A DNA stretch of 64,000 bases from Hypanus sabinus (taxonomy: Eukaryota). Location: the NCBI RefSeq assembly GCF_030144855.1, contig NC_082731.1, positions 26,226,001-26,290,000 on the forward strand, given 5' to 3'. Shown piece by piece: positions 60,088 to 64,000 of this stretch. The notes beneath the pieces were generated by a model. It did not search any database, was not told the origin of the DNA, and saw nothing but the letters and a program-made list of their open reading frames with translations. The translations under genes and the position numbers were made by a program. How positions within the stretch are numbered: position 1 is the first letter of the stretch; each line of letters opens with the position of its first letter.

Positions 60088-61121
60088 ATGAAAGCATTAG
60101 TAGACTTCTAAAACAAAATCATTTGTTCTTTAAACTTCAAATCCATAATCAGACTATTTGATGGAAAGCAGCAGAATGTTGCTTATCTCCCCGAAATGTA
60201 AGGATTCGTTCTATCTAAATACCTTTTAAACATATTCATAACTTCTTGTGCAGCTCCTTCCATAAATACACTATCACTCGGTTTTTGAAATATTTGCTTA
60301 ACAAGTGCTCTTTATGTCTTTTCCTTCTCACCTTCAACCTATACTATCCAGTATTAGACTCCCCTACATGACTGTTCACTTTGTCGATGCTACTCGTCGT
60401 TTTATATGCATCTATATGGCATCCCAAATCTTCCTGCGCTCCAACAAATGAAGCTCAATTTGTCCATTCTTTCTTGCAACTCAAGTTCTCCGGTCCCTGT
60501 AATGTCCGTGCAAATCTTTTCGGCCACTCTTAACAACTTAATTGCCATTCTCTTCCTAGGGCAGTATTTGCCTGATCTGCTTTAGCAATCATCTTCTCTT
60601 CTGAGTTCATTCTCCATATGCTTCATTTCCAGGTCTTTCAAACAGTTAATTCCATCTTCTCTCACTGTACTCAGTAATCTGGTGGCCACAGCTCTTTGTT
60701 GCAGTGATTTCCAAGGAGCTTTATGGCGAGCCATTCGCTTTCGTGGTCGTCATTGCCAAGATGATCTTACCGTTTTCATTTTAAAGTGACATTCTTGAAT
60801 ATCAATCACAAACCACTATGGTTAAATTTCATATTCAAGTCCTTGGATAATTGCTCCAGAATATCGATTGCTTGTTCATTAACAAGGATTACACTATCAT
60901 GTGCCACTTTACAATTAATAATGAATAGGCCAAGTATGGGTTTTGAACCAATATATCTTTCAAAGTAATTAATAAGTATTGGTTAGCATTCCTTTGAAAC
61001 TGAGCGTTCTATGGATAATTCCATTGAATGTTTCCAAACACTCAGATATAGCAACCAATAGGTGTAGTTATCTACTAATTCTGGCCTAGTGAGAGTTTTT
61101 GGTTTGGGGTATAGTACTGTG

Positions 61122-61184
61122 TGAATGCGGGAGCTAATAGCAAACTTATCTTTGGAACTGGGACTAAGTTATCTGTGTTGCTAA
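61122..61184 (+). CDS. TRAJ: TRAJ segment NAGANSKLIFGTGTKLSVLL
   Basis: RSS agtttttgg(61094)-12-tactgtg; donor gtgagt. Confidence 0.94.
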
Positions 61185-62123
61185 GTGAGTATTAATTAAC
61201 ATTTAACCTGAGTCTATTTCCTACAAGTGTATAGAAGTTCAATTTCTCGATATCCATACATTGTGTACTTTAGTTTCCTGTTATATTTAATGAGTCTGAA
61301 TTGAGTTGGTTATGAGTACTCAGGGCAATGGCAGAACCGTTAATTTCCTAAAACTTAATATGTTTGTAGAGTTAAAGAAATATTAGTAGAATTTGGATTA
61401 CAGGAAAATAAATGCAATGAGAATGAAAGGTCTGTTTTCAGGGCCGGTGTGGTCTTTTGGTAAGGAAATTGCAGAAATATGATAACATCTACTCTTCTGA
61501 AAAAAACAGTCCGATAACATGTGTTATCGAACAATCTAGTGTACTGAAACATGAGCTTGTCATTGGGCCAGTAACTGGCGATTATGTTCGTCGATTCAGG
61601 GACAGGAAATTAGATCTTAGGAGCACCTGGACAATTCCATTCTCGCCTTTTAGAAATACGGCCATCTTAAAGTAACTTCTTTTCACACTTTTCGTTTCTT
61701 ATGAAGGCTCTTAGAACAGATCCATCTACTCTGTTTCTCTTTCCACATATGCTACCTGGCCTAACGAGTGACTTTAGCATTTCCTGTTATATTAGATCCA
61801 AGAAAATGTTGTTAGAGCTTTGACTCAAATAGCGAAGGGTGCTGGAAGTTTTCAATAATTTTAGAAAGTATGACAAATCTCAGCAATTCTAACCAGCATT
61901 CAGCATGAAAGAAAATCTAAATCAAAATTTCAGTTCACCAAGATTTTCCTGAAGATTTGACAGTTCAGAATTCATGGCAAGGAAAGTGGAAGATCAGTTC
62001 CTTCTCTGCTACAAAATACTATAACACTAGCATGCATTTTTAGTTAAATAAGTGAAATCTAAACTGGTAAGAATGGGCTAGCTTAACTGAGAATGGGTTT
62101 ATGTTATGGCATGGCTTACTGTG

Positions 62124-62180
62124 TGGACTATGGACAGATACTCTCATTTGGTACAGGGAGCAAGCTGACAGTTTTACCAA
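62124..62180 (+). CDS. TRAJ: TRAJ segment DYGQILSFGTGSKLTVLP
   Basis: RSS ggtttatgt(62096)-12-tactgtg; donor gtaagt. Confidence 0.94.
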
Positions 62181-62345
62181 GTAAGTTCAATGACATCCTT
62201 AATCCGATTAACCAGTACTTTAGGATATTACTTTCAAAATCTGAATTCCTGTTTGTTATCTTTAAATCTTTGAAAACTCATGTTTTGCAAATGAACTGCA
62301 TGCTTAGGATCAAATGGGGTTTCTGTACTGATGCGTAACACTGTG

Positions 62346-62402
62346 CTTTTGCTGGCAACGAGATAATATTTGGATATGGGACCAAACTCACCGTACAACC
62401 AG
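62346..62402 (+). CDS. TRAJ: TRAJ segment FAGNEIIFGYGTKLTVQP
   Basis: RSS ggtttctgt(62318)-12-cactgtg; donor gtaagt. Confidence 0.95.
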
Positions 62403-63039
62403 GTAAGTGCGGTGATGCCAGACTCTGGAGTCCTCTGTTCATAACTATCGTGAGATTGTTAGAATTAAAACAGTAAATAGTTTCCCAGGTCCTCTGTAGA
62501 GGAAGTCCTCCTTTAGAAACAGGATAGCTGAATGATAATCTAATAAAGAAAATCCCTGATTATATAGACATTATGAAAGGCAGATCAGAAGATCAGAAGA
62601 TCTCTCTGATTTTGAGGAAGAACAAAATTAGACCTCATCTAAATGAGGTTGTCTAATAGATTCCATTCATTATAGCATTCTATGCATAAGGAGGAGATAT
62701 AAAGCAGATGTATGTCAGATTTAGCCGAGATACCTCGTGGGAAATTCAAGCAAGACCTGTATGAAGGAATATTTAGAGAGGTACAAAAGGGAGGAAGTAC
62801 AGGCAAGTTGGATTCTCAATTAGATCAATTGACGGAAAGAAGAGACGACAATTCTAAGTGTTAAGATGCAGGTAAGGAAGGGGGAGAAAAAATAGATAGA
62901 CTTGACCTAAATGCTCTATAGTTTAGAACAAAGGGAGGGCATCATCTTTGAAGCTACCTCACTGGGGTGGACCGTGGTGTATGTTCTCTTGGTTGAGGAA
63001 TCAAGAACCATGCGTCACAAAGCCACAATAAGGGGTATG

Positions 63040-63290
63040 ACTGGGATATGCAGCATTTCTTTCGTTTGCAGGAAGTGAATCTTTGGAATTCTCTAACCAG
63101 ATCGGAGAACTGTGAAGGCTGAGACATTAATTTCATTCAAAACGGCGTAGGCTGGTATTTGGATTCATGATAATAGGTGGGATCGAGGGATATGAAGTTA
63201 ATGAGTAATAATATCTGTCATGATCTTGAAGATTGGAGAGCAGGAAAAAAGGTCGAAGGGCCCAGCTCCTATTGTCTTGCTAAAGGTTCA
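63040..63290 (+). mobile_element. CR1 3' end fragment (similar short pieces at about 42.1-42.3, 43.1-43.3, 54.4-54.6 and 57.1-57.4 kb)
   Basis: tttgcaggaagtgaatctttggaattctctaaccaga...aaggtcgaagggcccagctcctattg. Confidence 0.6.
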
Positions 63291-63619
63291 GGACGTCGGA
63301 TTGCCATCAGGACTGGTGGTGAAATAAAGGGAAAACAAGTATTGGGATTCTATATGTAGGGGAGCGGAAGGTGGAGTACTTTAGAAGAAGCAGGACAACT
63401 GAATGGTGGTGACCACCGTGTGAGTAGCAGAGGCAGAACTGAAAGAGAAGGAAATTAGAAAATAATTTTGCATCAAAATGGGCTGCAGGAATTATATCAT
63501 TGAAATCATCCAACGCATTAAAAAAAAACAAAAAAAGAACAAAAGCGGACCTTCCCTTAGTGTGTATTGGAAGAAATAAAGTTATTCAATGGATTTTTGT
63601 TTGAGGGTATGATGGTGTG

Positions 63620-63679
63620 TGAATGATAACACCGGCAGGCTGACATTTGGATCTGGAACAAGGCTTAAAGTTCAACCCA
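63620..63679 (+). CDS. TRAJ: TRAJ segment NDNTGRLTFGSGTRLKVQP
   Basis: RSS gatttttgt(63592)-12-tggtgtg; donor gtgagt. Confidence 0.92.
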
Positions 63680-64000
63680 GTGAGTGGTTTAACATCTCCT
63701 CGCTTTTTTGCATAACCTTTTAAACTGTGTGCAACACAATTTATTTTTAAAAACAAAAGGTGTTTTCAATCTCATTGTCAATCTTACCATAATCAATGAG
63801 TAAACTAAAGTGGTTTTTCATATGTGTTGCTTGTAGAAAAATATATAACTAAATTGAACTTCTCTCGGAATGTGTAACATTCTTCACTAATGTGATAAGG
63901 GTTTCCAAATTCATGAATGGTAGTTGAGATTTAAACTGCCCGAATGAGTAATACGACCCAATTATTCTGAGGCTCTTAAATGCTTTGTTATATCCCCTGC

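Larger units (their letters stand above)
23050..63685 (+). other. TRAJ: T-cell receptor alpha J-segment array (33 apparently usable J plus about 8 relics; probably continues beyond the window)
   Basis: Repeated units of nonamer, 12-bp spacer, heptamer, 57-66 nt coding, FGxG and GT donor, all on the + strand. No D, V or C exons between them. Confidence 0.93.

Noticed and set aside
52376-60111. ORFs spanning N runs
   Set aside because: Artefacts of translating through assembly gaps.
23050-63685. Array as IgH, IgL, TCR-beta, gamma or delta J segments, or as a CRISPR-like repeat
   Set aside because: IgH J has WGxG and a 23-bp RSS. Shark IgL J sits in V-J-C clusters. Beta, gamma and delta have few Js, and beta and delta have D segments. 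Units are irregularly spaced non-identical gene segments, not CRISPR repeats.

Overview
Vertebrate genomic DNA, most likely from a cartilaginous fish. This is inferred from the CR1, V-SINE, Penelope and Rex1 repeat landscape, and the species is not established. The window has two halves. (1) Positions 1-22,000 are a stack of nested transposons: an intact, very young Ty3/Gypsy LTR retrotransposon (1576-5794, minus strand, CsRn1/Kabuki/Boudicca-like), several CR1 LINEs, a Tc1 relic split by a CR1, a Penelope-like endonuclease fragment, a decayed Gypsy and Rex1-like pieces. (2) Positions 23,050-63,680 are a long array of T-cell receptor alpha J gene segments, none of which is identified by the ORF track. 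I read 33 apparently usable J segments, all on the + strand, each with nonamer, 12-bp spacer, heptamer ending GTG (GTA in one), an FGxG-type motif and a GT donor. About 8 decayed J relics are also present. The array shows birth-and-death evolution: a roughly 2.35-kb triplication (about 33.0-39.9 kb) and a roughly 2.9-kb duplication (about 54.6-59.9 kb), with amino-acid changes concentrated in the CDR3-encoding tips. I found no V, D or C exon. Candidate TEA-like regulatory elements lie upstream of the first J. There are three N-gaps. Everything was read by eye; TE family names and comparisons with human segments come from memory and need database confirmation.
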